A stretch of 64,000 bases of DNA from Eledone cirrhosa (lineage: Eukaryota), in contig OZ024740.1 in the NCBI GenBank assembly GCA_964016885.1, forward strand, positions 312,976,001-313,040,000, in the 5' to 3' direction. Made by a program: the position numbers and the translations under genes. The stretch's first letter is position 1. The number at the start of each line of letters is the position of its first letter. The notes beneath the pieces were generated by a model. That model saw only the letters and a program-made list of their open reading frames with translations. It was not told the DNA's origin and did no database searches. Positions 14,019 to 26,783 of this stretch are shown piece after piece.

Positions 14019-14311
14019 ATACATTTAAAAAAAACATTATACATGATAAAAAACGTACATTATAAGAAATCCCATACGTTATAAAATAAATAGGATGGGT
14101 TGGGGTATCAATATGTAAACTAAACGATTAATTCTGGTTTTAAAAAATCAACGGAGACAACCTATAAAAATTACTGATCCACCCCACCTCACGCTTATTC
14201 CAACCTCCTATTATTGAGACCAGAAAGTAGATAAATACAGAGGAAAATAAAGTGAAAAAAATCTTAACAAATTACAAAAAAGAATAGTATAGAAAAGAGA
14301 GTATATTTTAC

Positions 14312-14516
14312 CTGATTAATTATATCAGCTTCCAACAGAAACATATTCATTGGCAGTATGGTAGGTAAGAGGAGTACCTCTTTACGTAATTTTAGAATAT
14401 TCTCCAAAACATCGGAGTATTCTTGCAGGGAGTGATCTTCAGTAATAAAATGGTTGATCCAGGTATTTGTGTTTGGATCTACCAAGTAGTAGTATGGTGT
14501 ATATGTAATTAGGTAC
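14312..14516 (-). CDS. DNAH3: DNAH3-like coding exon 12
   Basis: tttatag|G TAC...AATCAG|gtaaaa; YLITYTPYYYLVDPNTNTWINHFITEDHSLQEY...LPMNMFLLEADIINQ; phase 2 to 0. Confidence 0.9.
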
Positions 14517-14809
14517 CTATAAAATAGAAACCATACGAAAAAATTAGAACACACGCACACACACAACCACCACCACCACCACCACCATCACCATCATCAT
14601 CATCAATCTATCTCTCTCGCTATATATATTATGTTCAATATAGAAATGGCTTTTACAGGACTAAAACTGTTTCATCTAGTCCTGTAGAAGCCATTTCTAT
14701 ATTATACATGATGTTTACACTCTACTAATGTATTGAGTACCTTACGTACTGTAGTTAACCCCGATTGAACCCAGGACTCACACACACACACACACACACA
14801 CACGTATAT

Positions 14810-15455
14810 ATAAACATAACTCCAAGCCGAATTCCAGACAGAGGTTTTAGAGAAGACAGAAGTAGAAAGTATTCACGCCATCCTCAAATGTTTTCAACTG
14901 AAATGAGTAGGTCATTTGTGCTGCATGAATGGAAGCCAGCTTCTTAAGAAGCCCCTTTATTGCAAACTCCAAAAGGAAAATCGTTCCTAGGGAAGACCAG
15001 GGAAGCACTACAAGGACTCTGTGAAAAGAGTATGAATAGCTGCGAAATCCAACATAATGCATGGGAACTTGCAGCTCAGAACAGATCCCTATTGAGGTGT
15101 CTTATTCGCTCCAGGGTCAACAGCTATGAAGCAGAGCACATGGAGCAACAGAAGAGGAAAAAGAAAAGCTCCAACCTAAAAACCTCAAATTGGCCAACAG
15201 CCTAACATTTCCTGACCTCACTGCATTCCATTTGCGTTGGTGAAACTGGATGTCCATAAAATGGAAGACATGTCGACTGAAAGTCACATATGCCGCATCG
15301 AATTCCTTGATGTGATGTGGAGAACCTTGTTGATAAAAGACAATAGGAGGTCAGCAACGATAGAAAATGAAAGTGGAGACTGGAGATCAGGTAAGTTGGC
15401 TTGTTGCCACCCAGTTTCATTGAACTATACATTATCGAGATCTGTTCGTTAGCCA
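14810..15455 (+). mobile_element. Degenerate RTE-like LINE 3' fragment
   Basis: Remnant 'KGK..GR.R..YKDSVK' and 'AWELAAQNRS' motifs across frames. Confidence 0.55.
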
Positions 15456-15637
15456 CTACATACACACATACATTTTGTCAACTTCACGTACACACACAAA
15501 AGAAAAGTGACAATACTCTATATGTTTTGTAAGAAAGTCAAAATGAGACAATATGTATGTTTCTAGGCCCGGAGACACAAACATTCATTACAGCTCTATA
15601 AGAAATACAGAAAACAGCATTGGTCTATGTGTATCAC

Positions 15638-15891
15638 CTTGTAGGTCCACGTAAATTTTTATAAACGACGTTTTGTATCCTTCGTTTCGAATTCAAAACT
15701 AGTTGTTCATTTTGACCGACAGATCTGATATAATTGGTTGGAAGATTCTCAACAGAGTGAAATAAACAGTGTTCTATGCAAGGGAACTGGTTTGTACTTG
15801 TGACCATCACATCAACAATATCACCCAGCTGCTGGTGTACCACATCAAAAGACGGCTCAAAGCTAGTTGACACATTAAGATCATCAGGATT
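15638..15891 (-). CDS. DNAH3: DNAH3-like coding exon 11
   Basis: aaaacag|AAT...ACAAG|gtgata; NPDDLNVSTSFEPSFDVV...RIQNVVYKNLRGPT; phase 0 to 2. Confidence 0.9.
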
Positions 15892-16145
15892 CTGTTTTAT
15901 GAATATAAAAGAAAAGAGTGATTGAAAATATATATTGAACAATGGGAAGAGTTACAACGATAGATTTCTAATTAATTCTATCAACTTCAAATTTGCAAAA
16001 AGAAAATAATTGATTTTTTAATTTAAAGCTAGAGTAGGATTAGGGGTAACACATCTAAAAGGTCCCTAACAATACTTAATTGATTATATGTATGTATTTC
16101 TATTTAATCTCATACATTTGTTATGTTACAAAAAATATTGTAAAA

Positions 16146-16762
16146 TCTTTATATATATAAAAGCGAGGATGTGTGTGTCTGTGTACAACTTTGTATACTT
16201 AAGGCTTTTACAATTACCAACTGAATTTGACCAAATTTTCTGTGCACGTTGCACAGGTCGCTAAGATTGTCACATCACAAACATTTTTTAAATCGACCCA
16301 CGTTGAGCAATAAAAAATCGATATCAAAATTATCGGTAGCAAAATTGATGTAAGGGAGATAACCAACTTTATTGACAATCCTTATAAAAAAGGGAGATAA
16401 CTAACTTTTCAGAAATATAAACATCAGATTCATTTGAAGAAAAATCACTAATATTATCGTTTGTATACAACTCTGCTTTCATTACAATTTTTTGTACTTT
16501 AGCAAAACTGCCTGTTTTTTTTACAGATTTGCAACGTGTATTGTCTTTAACTTTGTACAACTACATCTTGTTCAGTGTTTTCCTTCATTATCAGCATAGT
16601 TTTATGTGTACAAAGATTGCACTAAATATTCGTTTGCATTAATTATTGAAGACTTCTGCTTATTTTGACAGGTTGGGCACAAATAATGTTCTTCTTTTAC
16701 TTCCTAGCTGTATATTCTTAGCATCATTTCAAACCCCGAGCAACGCCAGGCAAATCTGCTAG
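16146..16762 (+). mobile_element. Non-autonomous Helitron
   Basis: A|TCTTTATATATATAAAAG start; CCCGAGCAACGCCAGG subterminal motif; CTAG|T end. Confidence 0.8.
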
Positions 16763-16817
16763 TATATATTTAAAAATTAAACTTTAATCAGAGAAAAAGA
16801 AGGAAACTAATATTCAC

Positions 16818-17024
16818 TACAGATATCTTTAGGATGTGTGTCTTTGTTGGAAGTCCGAGTCCAACCATAATATTGTACTGTCCACAGTAGTCATTGCCTT
16901 CCAAATAATATTCTATCAAAGTCAGCAACTCCGATAAGGAATTCTGGACACATGTTCGGAGAAGGTTCGACATCAAAGAGGCAACACTGGAGAAGAATTT
17001 GTCCATGTAATCAAGTCGAGTTTC
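16818..17024 (-). CDS. DNAH3: DNAH3-like coding exon 10
   Basis: tcgcag|GAA...GTA|gtgaat (alternative donor 3 nt upstream possible); FFSSVASLMSNLLRTCVQNSLSELL...EGNDY resembles DNAH3 'YFASVASFMSLQLR...DGNDF'. Confidence 0.9.
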
Positions 17025-17539
17025 CTGCGATATAAAACAAATTTCTGGTATTAATAGTTGAAGTATTCCTCTATCCATCACTTCACATCCATGCTCTATA
17101 ATATCTATTTTCTCTTCACTCTATACTTTTTTTAATACGCTACTCTTCATTTTTATCTCTACACCACTTCTTATTTATTAGTATTAGATACCCTTGAATT
17201 ATTCCACTCAATGTCCACCTAACGTTCTCACTTCAATTGCTATTTCATTTATCTCTCATCTCAATATTTTTCACACCACACCAATTCCAGTCTTCACTTC
17301 GATCTCTACTCTCTCCTGCCTGGACTGGAACATTATAAAACAATCTAGTACACATTGCCGAGAGCTGAGCAGTTTAGAATTAAACGATTTTCTGAAATAT
17401 ACGATGATTTGCTTGTAGTGAACTTCAACTTATGACTTATAATCCAACACAGTACCCATTCGGTAGTTTCTCATAAAAACATGTTTAGATTATTAACAAA
17501 ATAGTAATCAGGGAGAAAACATAATAAAATGGTTCTTAC

Positions 17540-17738
17540 AGTTCTATCTTTAAGAAACCATCCTTCTACATCTTCTTTGCGATTGTCGATGAGGGAAGCA
17601 CAACCTGACAACCATGTTGCTTCTAGAGTTTTTGTGTTATTTCTCACTGTTTCTTTGACATATGCAAGCAGTTCCTCGAGTGTCATGGGGAGGAACTGTT
17701 TGAGGGTAGCAACGGACAAAAGACGGAACGTACTATAC
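17540..17738 (-). CDS. DNAH3: DNAH3-like coding exon 9
   Basis: ttctaag|G TAT...ACT|gtaaga; YSTFRLLSVATLKQFLPMTLEEL...TLEATWLSGCASLIDNRKE; phase 2 to 0. Confidence 0.9.
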
Positions 17739-18917
17739 CTTAGAAGAAATAAGAGAGAAATATCAGTTCAAAGAGTTTAGTTACATCGCTGAACACAGAG
17801 ACTTGTTCATGGTCTGTTGCTACAGTAATGTAAATGAAAGTGATGTTAATCTTATTCAAGGACTCAAAATATTATGAAACAACTTCCCAAATATACATAT
17901 ATCTATCTGTAGATATAAAAAATATAGCGAATGTAACGAACTAAATGAAGACATCGATGAACTTAAACGAGGATGTTGTCAGAAATAGAAAGCAAGCGAA
18001 ATCAGAGACAGACTTCTACTTAAAAAAAAAGTTCTCTGAGAAATAAGAATATAAGATGTAAAAGTGAAATATAAATTGTATCAATATATCAATTGATACA
18101 ATTGTATAATCTTTTACTCTATTACTCTTTTACTGGTTTCAGTTAATGGATTACAGTCTCTCTGGCTTGAGGGTTTGTTAGTGGGGAAAATTGAGAAACC
18201 TGAAATTTGACAATATTCAGCCTTCATTCTTTTCCAAATGTTGAAATATCTCTAATTTGTAGATAACATCTATTCTATTTCGTTTTCTCTTATGACCTAG
18301 AAAAAGATCCATATATAGCCTGTTCGCTTTAACACCTCTTGAAAAAATATTAATTTTGCCTTTCAGGGTCGATAAAATAAAGCACCAGTAATACTCTGGG
18401 ATAATTGCGGGCCTTGTGCCAAAAGTAGAAACAATTATTAAATATTCACTTTACGCAAATAACGTGCTATAACGCGTGTGGTTTTTAATTTTTTTTTTAT
18501 TTATCAGAAAATTAAACTTGAATTACACGAATTTGCTTTACGCGCCGCATTCACGAACACAACTTCGCGTAGAAATCGATAGTAGAATACAACGTATATG
18601 GCATCAGTAGAATTTCTGTCTTTTCTGGGTTTCATCTCGTCTATCTCCTGGTCCTCAGGCTTTAGAATCGATCACTGTATCTTTATGGAACCCATTATTT
18701 CTCCTTATCCTTGATTTACTAAGAACTTTAGGGTTACGTTCTGGTGATGCTAACCATTTTTCGATCAGCAGATACCCTATATTCAAAATTTTTATTCAAT
18801 GAAGCCAAGCTGTGAATTCTGATTTCTCTTCAGAACTATTACACACACGCACACACACACACACACACACATTGAGAAGCAAAACAGTGATATGTAATAA
18901 ACTACTAAGATACGTAC

Positions 18918-19048
18918 TTTTCATGGAAGTTGTACAAGATGGCTCTGCTGACTGGGTGAGTGATAAACAAATTATATTTCAGAAAATTACGGGCTTCGGT
19001 TACTGAATTATGCCAAGGAAAACGTTCATGCTTCATAAACCTAAACAC
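18918..19048 (-). CDS. DNAH3: DNAH3-like coding exon 8
   Basis: gatcag|GTG...GAAAA|gtacgt; VFRFMKHERFPWHNSVTEARNFLKYNLFITHPV with the conserved PWH; phase 0 to 2. Confidence 0.88.
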
Positions 19049-19230
19049 CTGATCGTTAAACCAGACGACACAGAGAAAAGATTTATATAAACATTTGTTA
19101 TAATAAAACAATACTGTATACATTTTACACTAGCTAACCTCAGCAAGATTTGAACTCAGAACGTAAAGGGACGTAACTATATGCCAATCCACCGCCGTTA
19201 GGAGAGTTATAATGTATTATAATTGTTTAC

Positions 19231-19335
19231 CTGAGGTTGTAGAGAAATCCCTAATCGAACTTGCTCTGACGAGTCCAGAAGAATGTAATCTAGAATAGCT
19301 TTCTTGATTGCTTCAGTGTAATCTTCCTCAATCTC
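19231..19335 (-). CDS. DNAH3: DNAH3-like coding exon 7
   Basis: tattgaag|GAG...CAG|gtaaac; EIEEDYTEAIKKAILDYILLDSSEQVRLGI matches the DNAH3/7 'DY..S.KSIVDYIL.D..E..RL.I' motif. Confidence 0.92.
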
Positions 19336-19477
19336 CTTCAATAGAAATAGAGAGAAACAGGGATTTATATATATATAGAAGAAAGTATATAAGATGAGGA
19401 AAATACATTTAGCACAAATATCATGACAATACGAACCAATAATTTAGGAAATAAGATAAACCATAAATCATTTTTAC

Positions 19478-19619
19478 CTGAAGGAGTTGTTTGGTCAGTT
19501 TTGGAAACGCTGCAAAACATGTATTATTACTGCTAAGATGCTGTGTCTGTTTAAGGAACTCTTTGGTGAACGGAGTGATAAAATCAGTGTCAATTGCCTT
19601 CGCCGTAAGACTGTAATAC
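19478..19619 (-). CDS. DNAH3: DNAH3-like coding exon 6
   Basis: tttgtaag|G TAT TAC...CAG|gtaaaa; (R)YYSLTAKAIDTDFITP resembles DNAH3/7 'RYYYY...GID.D..AP'. Confidence 0.88.
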
Positions 19620-19712
19620 CTTACAAAGAAAGTAATACAAAGCTATAGTTAGCTAATACTATATATAGTGCCGTAGTGTGCATTTGGTTTGTCAAGTCAG
19701 ATGACAGTTATA

Positions 19713-19905
19713 CGAGGGTGGGCTAAAAATGTCCATAGGCTGACTATGAAAGACCGATGCTAGCGCTGTGAAATCTTGCATGCATTCACTTATTGTTAAT
19801 AACTGAATTGTTTTTTTTTATAGGGACTATATTGAAAAGTAAACCTCATTTGATCATTTCATGAGCGTATCTTGGTCAGCCTATGAACTTCTCAGCTGAC
19901 CCTCG
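19713..19905. mobile_element. mariner-derived MITE
   Basis: TA|CGAGGGTGGGCTAAAAATGTCCATAGGCTGAC...GTCAGCCTATGAACTTCTCAGCTGACCCTCG|TA; related fragment at about 24951-25030. Confidence 0.8.
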
Positions 19906-20367
19906 TACATTCTGATCGAAAGTATTTCACAGAATTGTGGCCAAGTTAATTGTATGCATATAGAAATGAAGAGCATTTGTCTGTAGTATCTGATAAATGC
20001 TAGGAAAAGAAAGTTATAGATAGTAATAGGTATCATAGAAATGACATTTTTTAAATTTTTACTAATGAACCAAACTAATATGGAGTTATGATCGTCAAAT
20101 ATTCTAGAGTGAAGGCGAGAAGATTGTAGCATTATGGGGCATACAGTCCAAAATGCTGCATTCCGATGTGTACAAAAACGTCTGTTTTTAAACAGAGTCC
20201 TGCTTTTAGGAGATCTATCTCCTGTTTCCTGAATTCAGAACAGCCTTTATTAAAACACTTTGTAAAGCCATGATTATATTTTCTTGGAATTTGTTAAACC
20301 TTACTTCAAGGTAGTTTTGTTGCTCAATTCACTCAGCTGGATGTTGTTGATTTTGTTTTGTACATAC

Positions 20368-20515
20368 CTGGGCAGATCAGTCTCGACAGGTGTGCCAGAT
20401 CTAGGTAATCCTTCACTCAAACAATTTTTGGAATAAAATTGAACATCTAATATTCGTTGTTCGCATTCACTATAGCCCCTTTTCTGAGTTAAGAAGCAAC
20501 AGTTCACTGACCATT
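20368..20515 (-). CDS. DNAH3: DNAH3-like coding exon 5
   Basis: attttag|AA...CCCAG|gtatgt; ends PVETDLPR, joining YY (cf. DNAH3 'PSESDLERYY'); phase 1 to 2. Confidence 0.82.
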
Positions 20516-20600
20516 CTAAAATATAAAATGAAAATTAATGACTTCTCTCCTAGTCACATGGTTACACATTTATGAGAGTGGTATAGTCAAGCTAGAACAA

Positions 20601-21897
20601 AGGCGTGACCATGTAGTCCAGAGAGGTGGCCATATAGGCCAGAGGCGTGGTCATGTACATAAGAGACATGGTCATGTAGACCAGAGACATGGTCATGTAG
20701 ACCAGAGGCGTGGTAATGTACATAAGAGACATGGTCATGTAGACCAGAGGCGTGGTCATGTTGACCAGAGGCGTGGTCATGTTGACCAGAGACATGGTCA
20801 TGTAGACCAGAGACGTGGTCATGTAGACCAGAGGCGTGGTCATGTTGACTAGAGGCGTGGTCATGTAGACCAGAGGCATGGTCATGTAGACCAGAGGCGT
20901 AGTCATGTAGACCAGAGACGTGGTCATGTAGACCAGAGGCGTGGTCATGTAGACCAGAGGCGTGGTCATGTTGACCAGAGGCATGGTCATGTAGACCAGA
21001 GGCGTAGTCATGTAGACCAGAGGCGTGGTCATGTAGACCAGAGGCGTGGTCATGTAGACCAGAGGCGTAGTCATGTAGACCAGAGGCGTAGTCATGTAGA
21101 CCAGAGACGTGGTCATGTAGACCAGAGGCGTGGTCATGTAGACCAGAGGCGTAGTCATGTAGACCAGAGACGTGGTCATGTAGACCAGAGGCGTGGTCAT
21201 GTAGACCAGAGGCGTAGTCATGTAGACCAGAGGCGTAGTCATGTAGACCAGAGGCGTGGTCATGTAGACCAGAGGCGTGGTCATGTTGACTAGAGGCGTG
21301 GTCATGTAGACCAGAGGCGTGGTCATGTAGACCAGAGGCGTGGTCATGTTGACTAGTGGCGTGGTCATGTAGACCAGAGGCGTGGTCATGTAGACCAGAG
21401 ACGTGGTCATGTAGACCAGAGGCGTGGTCATGTTGACTAGAGGCGTGGTCATGTAGACCAGAGACGTGGTCATGTAGACCAGAGGCGTGGTCATGTTGAC
21501 TAGAGGCGTGGTCATGTAGACCAGAGGCGTGGTCATGTTGACCAGAGACATGGTCATGTAGACCAGAGGCGTTGCCATGTAGACCAGAGACGTGGTCATG
21601 TAGACCAGAGACGTGGTCATGTAGACCAGAGGCGTGGTCATGTTGACTAGAGGCGTGGTCATGTAGACCAGAGACGTGGTCATGTAGACCAGAGGCGTGG
21701 TCATGTTGACTAGAGGCGTGGTCATGTAGACCAGAGGCGTGGTCATGTTGACCAGAGACATGGTCATGTAGACCAGAGGCGTTGCCATGTAGACCAGAGA
21801 CGTGGTCATGTAGACCAGAGACGTGGTCATGTAGACCAGAGGCGTGGTCATGTAGACCAGAGACATGGTCATGTAGACCAGAGGCGTTGCCATGTAG
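20601..21897. repeat. 21-bp minisatellite (about 62 units)
   Basis: Unit GTGGTCATGTAGACCAGAGGC with variants; 210-bp higher-order duplication. Confidence 0.97.
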
Positions 21898-22144
21898 TGA
21901 CATACGGCGTTTAAGCCTGGCGGCGCCCATCCCTCCTCCAAGTTTGAGTACAGCAGATTTATTCCAGAGAAGGATAGAAAGTGAGAGAAAGAAAGTGAGA
22001 AAGAGATATAGAGAAATAATCGACCTCGAAAGGATGAGAGGTAAAGTTGACCTGGGTGGAATTCGAACTCAGAGAGTAGAATGACGGAAAAAATACCACA
22101 AAGCATTCTATCCGACGTTCTAACGACTCTGCAAATCCACCGCC
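21897..22144 (-). mobile_element. tRNA-derived SINE, family B (same central domain, different tail)
   Basis: Tail TCTGGAA..AATCTGCTGTA.TCA.AC.TGGAG..GATGGG..CCGCCAG; other copies at about 3240-3510, 3700-3910, 26050-26341, 33340-33556, 43890-44212, 57830-58045 and 60555-60926. Confidence 0.75.
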
Positions 22145-23757
22145 TGTGTATCAGTTTATACAGAATCCTTACTGTAGACTGTTTATACAAATGTTACTTT
22201 TTAAATTACAATTTCCCTATATTACTGAATACTAGTTACATAAACAACCAGTAAAATAAAAATCACACCTTGAATTACAATGTCATAGGAACAGTCTAAT
22301 TGTATTTACGTTTTTAAAAAGAACTGAATAAAAAATAAAAAAATAAAAAAATCATTCAAAATCTACACCAAAGCATTTTATCCAACGTTCTAATGACTCC
22401 GCCAATTCGCCGCCTTACATATCGCATAACGCAATAAAAAGAATTACACATCCGAAATATCCAGTCTGATAAAAACCAATGATATCACCAAATGCAACAC
22501 ACCAACACGAGGTAAATAAAATCAAACAAATAAACAAGCAAAAAATAAAATAACAAAGAAAACAAACAGAAAAAAAACCTGGATAATATTTGCACCAAAT
22601 ACACAATAAAACAAAAAACAAAACACTATAAAGTAATTTGCAAGATCAACAATAACGGTCACGACCATATCAAACACAAAAACGATGTAGAAACATACCT
22701 ACAGCAGTCACAGCTATCCCATTTGATCAATAGAAAGATATAATAATAATAGAATATAAACAATACATTAGCTCCATTTTGGATTGTTCCAGTCATGTCT
22801 GACTTTTCATTCTCACGATAACAAAACAATAAACTACAACATATACGGGACAACGAAACGAATTACGTATCACAGGTTGTACACATTTCACAACCACTGA
22901 TTAATGTACATATTGAAACAAAAATATTAAAAATGAAAGGTACAAAGGGATAGTTTGTTACCGTTTGAAACATCAACCCTCACATACCCTGTCACTACTT
23001 AAAAGATAACCACTGATAGCCCAGACTCATATGTAACATTCCAAAACGCTACTACAACAGCACACTAGAAATATTATCAATTCTACTGAATCTTGACAAA
23101 CATAAAAATAACAACACATATAAAACATCGGTGGCCTCACTCTCCTTAAACACTCTGTTTGTATTACACCAACCAACAGTAAGTACAGATGTCCGAAAAC
23201 ATTTTGCCAGCTTCCACTATAGCCACCAACTGTCACGTAAGTGAAGAGGACATACACTTGATGAGACACTGATAGATGTTATTTTGAGGTGGATAGTTTT
23301 GGATACGTAGCTACTTATAGTTCAGTGTAAGGATTAGACTGTAATTAAACTCGAAAATTACTGGATTGGTTTTCCTGACTTACAAAATGGAAAATATGCC
23401 ATTGATTGATTTTCGGTTTCGTTTTAAAATTTAAAAAAATATATTATTACAATTATATATTTTAACTTTAGCTTCATATATTAGCAATGGATTATAAAAA
23501 AAAAACTGTCACTCTGATGTCCGAAAACACTTTGTCAGCCTCCACTATAGCTACCTCCAGATCTATGAGCCACCTCCAGATCTAAGAATGTAAAGAACGA
23601 GACTTGACAGTAGAGAGAGTGCAACATGTTCAGATTACCACATTACACACCATACGATTCACCACTGCATGTCTGAATATTCAGTAAGGCCCTCAGCTAA
23701 ACAAAGGCATTGTATAACTGAAAAAGAAAAACAGTCGTTAGGTCCTTAACATGTGTT

Positions 23758-24030
23758 CAGAGCCCGATTTAGACCGGAGCAGAAGAGGGAGGGGAGGGCT
23801 GACACACAAAAACTTAGAATACACAGCAAACCTCCAGCTTTGCATATCAAAGTCAGCTTGGCGCAAGTAATTGGAATTGAAAAGTTATCCATAGATGTAT
23901 TAAATTTTAAAAAATCTAACTATCCTAAAACAAATAAATCCAGCAGAGGACACAAATAAATTGCTACGGCCGTCGCTGGTGGGACCCCTTGCAGGGGAAA
24001 TTGCCTCCCCCCCCATTAAATCCGACCCTG
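23758..24030. mobile_element. hAT-type MITE with 8-bp TSD
   Basis: CATGTGTT|CAGAGCCCGATTTA...TAAATCCGACCCTG|CATGTGTT; related copy at about 61140-61407. Confidence 0.85.
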
Positions 24031-24177
24031 CATGTGTTCCATGGATCTGACCTACTGTTACACAGCAACTACAAAAAATACATAGAATACTTTGGAATAC
24101 TTTGTAAAATATTCATTTAAAAAACCAGTTGTGAATATTATACCATCCGAGAAAATTACAAACCTCAGAATACTTAC

Positions 24178-24308
24178 CCTGTTCGTAAGATTGTATATTT
24201 TGGATAGTTGATGAAATTGTATAGAGTTTTGACGACGTATTAGTAAGTTTAGATAAATATTTGTCTTCATGTGGTTGTTCCCAAGCTGTTTTAGCTATTT
24301 TTGAAAGT
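24178..24308 (-). CDS. DNAH3: DNAH3-like coding exon 4 (poorly conserved N-terminal region)
   Basis: tttacag|A CTT...CAG G|gtaagt; open only in the phase 2 to 1 frame required by its neighbours. Confidence 0.7.
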
Positions 24309-25791
24309 CTGTAAAAGAAATATCAGATATATAACTAACATGCAATGGTTATTGTCCCAATGTTTTCCTGTAATATAAATCAGTGAACAATTAATAGGGC
24401 AAAATATATTTAATATAACAAACATCATACCACGTGGTAAAGATAGAACTAAAGTCTGTATGGAGCCCGGAAGCTCGTTAGGCCGATGCTTATCCCGAGT
24501 TCCATGGTGTGAAGTGACTGAGAAAACAAGACCCCCTCCCCCCGCAGTCCATCACAGGGTTAAATCCTCAGATATTGCTGGTACTCAGGTGAGTATACTG
24601 AGTATACTGGAGCAATGTGAAATGAAATGTTTTGCTCCAGAACACAACACTAAACCCAGTCCGGGAATCGAACCAACGACATTATGATCGTTAGTCCAAC
24701 ACCCTTATCACATGGTCACGCGTCTCCACGTAAAGATAGATGATGCAATTATATTAAGGGTATTCAAAGAAAAGAAACCAAAAAACATAAGCAAAATTAA
24801 TCGCAATAATAATTGAGGTTTTGAATTTCTAGAGAGTGAAAGAAATTAAACCACAGATGAGAATTAAACATGTGGAGAAACATACTCGATCTCAATAGAT
24901 ACAAACGGATTCCAAGATCATAAATTTAAGATTTAATCGAGTAATGCAAATACGAAGGTGGGCTAAACAGTTCATAGGCTGACTATGAAAAAGTGATGCT
25001 AGAGCTGTGAAATCTTGCAGGCATTAATTTCAATTCTTCAAAATCAAAATATACTTCACTCTCTCTAAAGTATAAGATCAAGATTAAAGTACTGCTTACA
25101 TGTCTAGAAAAATGTAACTGTTACATACAAACATCGCAAGCTGTATCTATAATTAAAAAGGCCGAATATTTTCAAACTCCCAATAGTCCACGAATAAGCT
25201 GTTTCTTCTCTCTACTACTAGTAAAACAGCCTTTTCTATGAACCAGTACGCTGCGCACCACGCGTCCAAAACCACAACACCCTAACGAGCCAAAACTACT
25301 ATTAGTGAAAACAAAAACGACACATCATTCTGAATGTGAATGTAGAAATTGGTAACTGTGCACACATTTTTATTTGAAATAAGTGACATTCATTTCAACA
25401 TCCACATCACCTCCTCATATTATCTTTAATATGTGTTACCCCTTAAATCTCACACTAAATATTTTGTTAAATATTTTCTACCTGAAATTGCTATCATTTG
25501 GAACTGCATCTCTACTGACATTCTCCTTACTGGCACCAACTTATAAAAAATGAAGCTGAACATCGACTGCATCGACCTCATTAGGAGGAAAAGTCTTGCT
25601 ATAGGTTATGACTTTACTTCACCTTTTTAGATTGAATGAAATGTTCCCTTTCTCCCTCAAATATCGGGTTTATTAAAACAAAATCAATATTTATATTATA
25701 ATTATCATTGCAAATAAACTTTGATAAATTATATTATAATTATCAAATAAACTTTGATGTCTCCTCTTCTTTCAGAAATGAAATTTCTTAC

Positions 25792-25876
25792 GGATATTTT
25801 TGATCAGTTGCCACAATGGACGTCTTCTCAATTTGTGATCGTGGACAAAGGACGTGTATTTCTTCAAGAGTAAAAC
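25792..25876 (-). CDS. DNAH3: DNAH3-like coding exon 3
   Basis: ctttcag|GT...TATCC|gtaaga; phase 1 to 2, open frame FTLEEIHVLCPRSQIEKTSIVATDQKY. Confidence 0.65.
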
Positions 25877-26362
25877 CTGAAAGTATCGAGAAATATATTA
25901 AAAAAAAAAAATTAGAGCAGTGTATCTTAACTTTTATCTGTTCGTTATCCTGATTTTTCTTTAGATATAAGAAAAACTTGTATACAACACAATTTATGGT
26001 ATAACATTAACAGTCATATATTAGTTTAGCATTCTTTCCCTCTTATTGATCCGTAACTCCCAATGAAGTTGTAGAGGCGCCATAGTAGCATACGGCGTTT
26101 CTTGAGCAGTTAAAAACCTGGTGAAGCCGATTTTTTCCAGAGAAAGGGAAAGAGTGGTAGGGAGGAAGTGAAAAAGATATATAGAGGAAGAATCAACCCC
26201 AGTAATAGACAAGTAGTTTTTTTTATCAACTTCGAAAGGATGAAAGATAAAATTGACATTGGTGGGATTGAACTCAGTGTGCAGAGAACCGTAACAAAAC
26301 ATTCAATCCGACGTTCTAAGGACTGTGCCGATTCGCCGCCTTAATTTAACATAAACATCTTA

Positions 26363-26400
<38 letters not shown>

Positions 26401-26498
26401 CCATATGATTCCAGTTCCTCGGAGGACTAACAATACACCCAGGAACTAGACATATCGATGCATTGACAGAGTTGAACACACTTCAACAACATGTGTAC

Positions 26499-26783
26499 CA
26501 TTGAGGAAGTAGTTTTGAGAAAGGAAGAGTGCAATAACAATTCATATGCAGGCGTGTATGTTTCTCAGCACACATTAATTCGAACACCATCAACATTCAA
26601 CATCCACCATAGATTCTAATACATTAACATATTTGCTTAAAGTGCAGTATTTATTCATCTATATATGCATAATAGCTTTGCCTGTTTCCTTCTCATGTAT
26701 ATGACTTACGCAGTCGCACTATCCACACGCCTGCATATGAATTGTTATTGCACTCTTCCTTTCTCAAAACTACTTCCTCAATG
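26499..26783. repeat. 59-bp perfect inverted repeat with 167-bp spacer
   Basis: 26499-26557 is the reverse complement of 26725-26783. Confidence 0.92.

Noticed and set aside
20601-21897. CRISPR-like regularity here and in the 26-, 27- and 55-bp arrays
   Set aside because: No unique spacers, no cas genes, eukaryotic context
20587-22190. 447- and 532-aa ORFs as standalone genes
   Set aside because: Translation of a 21-bp minisatellite plus SINE inside an intron
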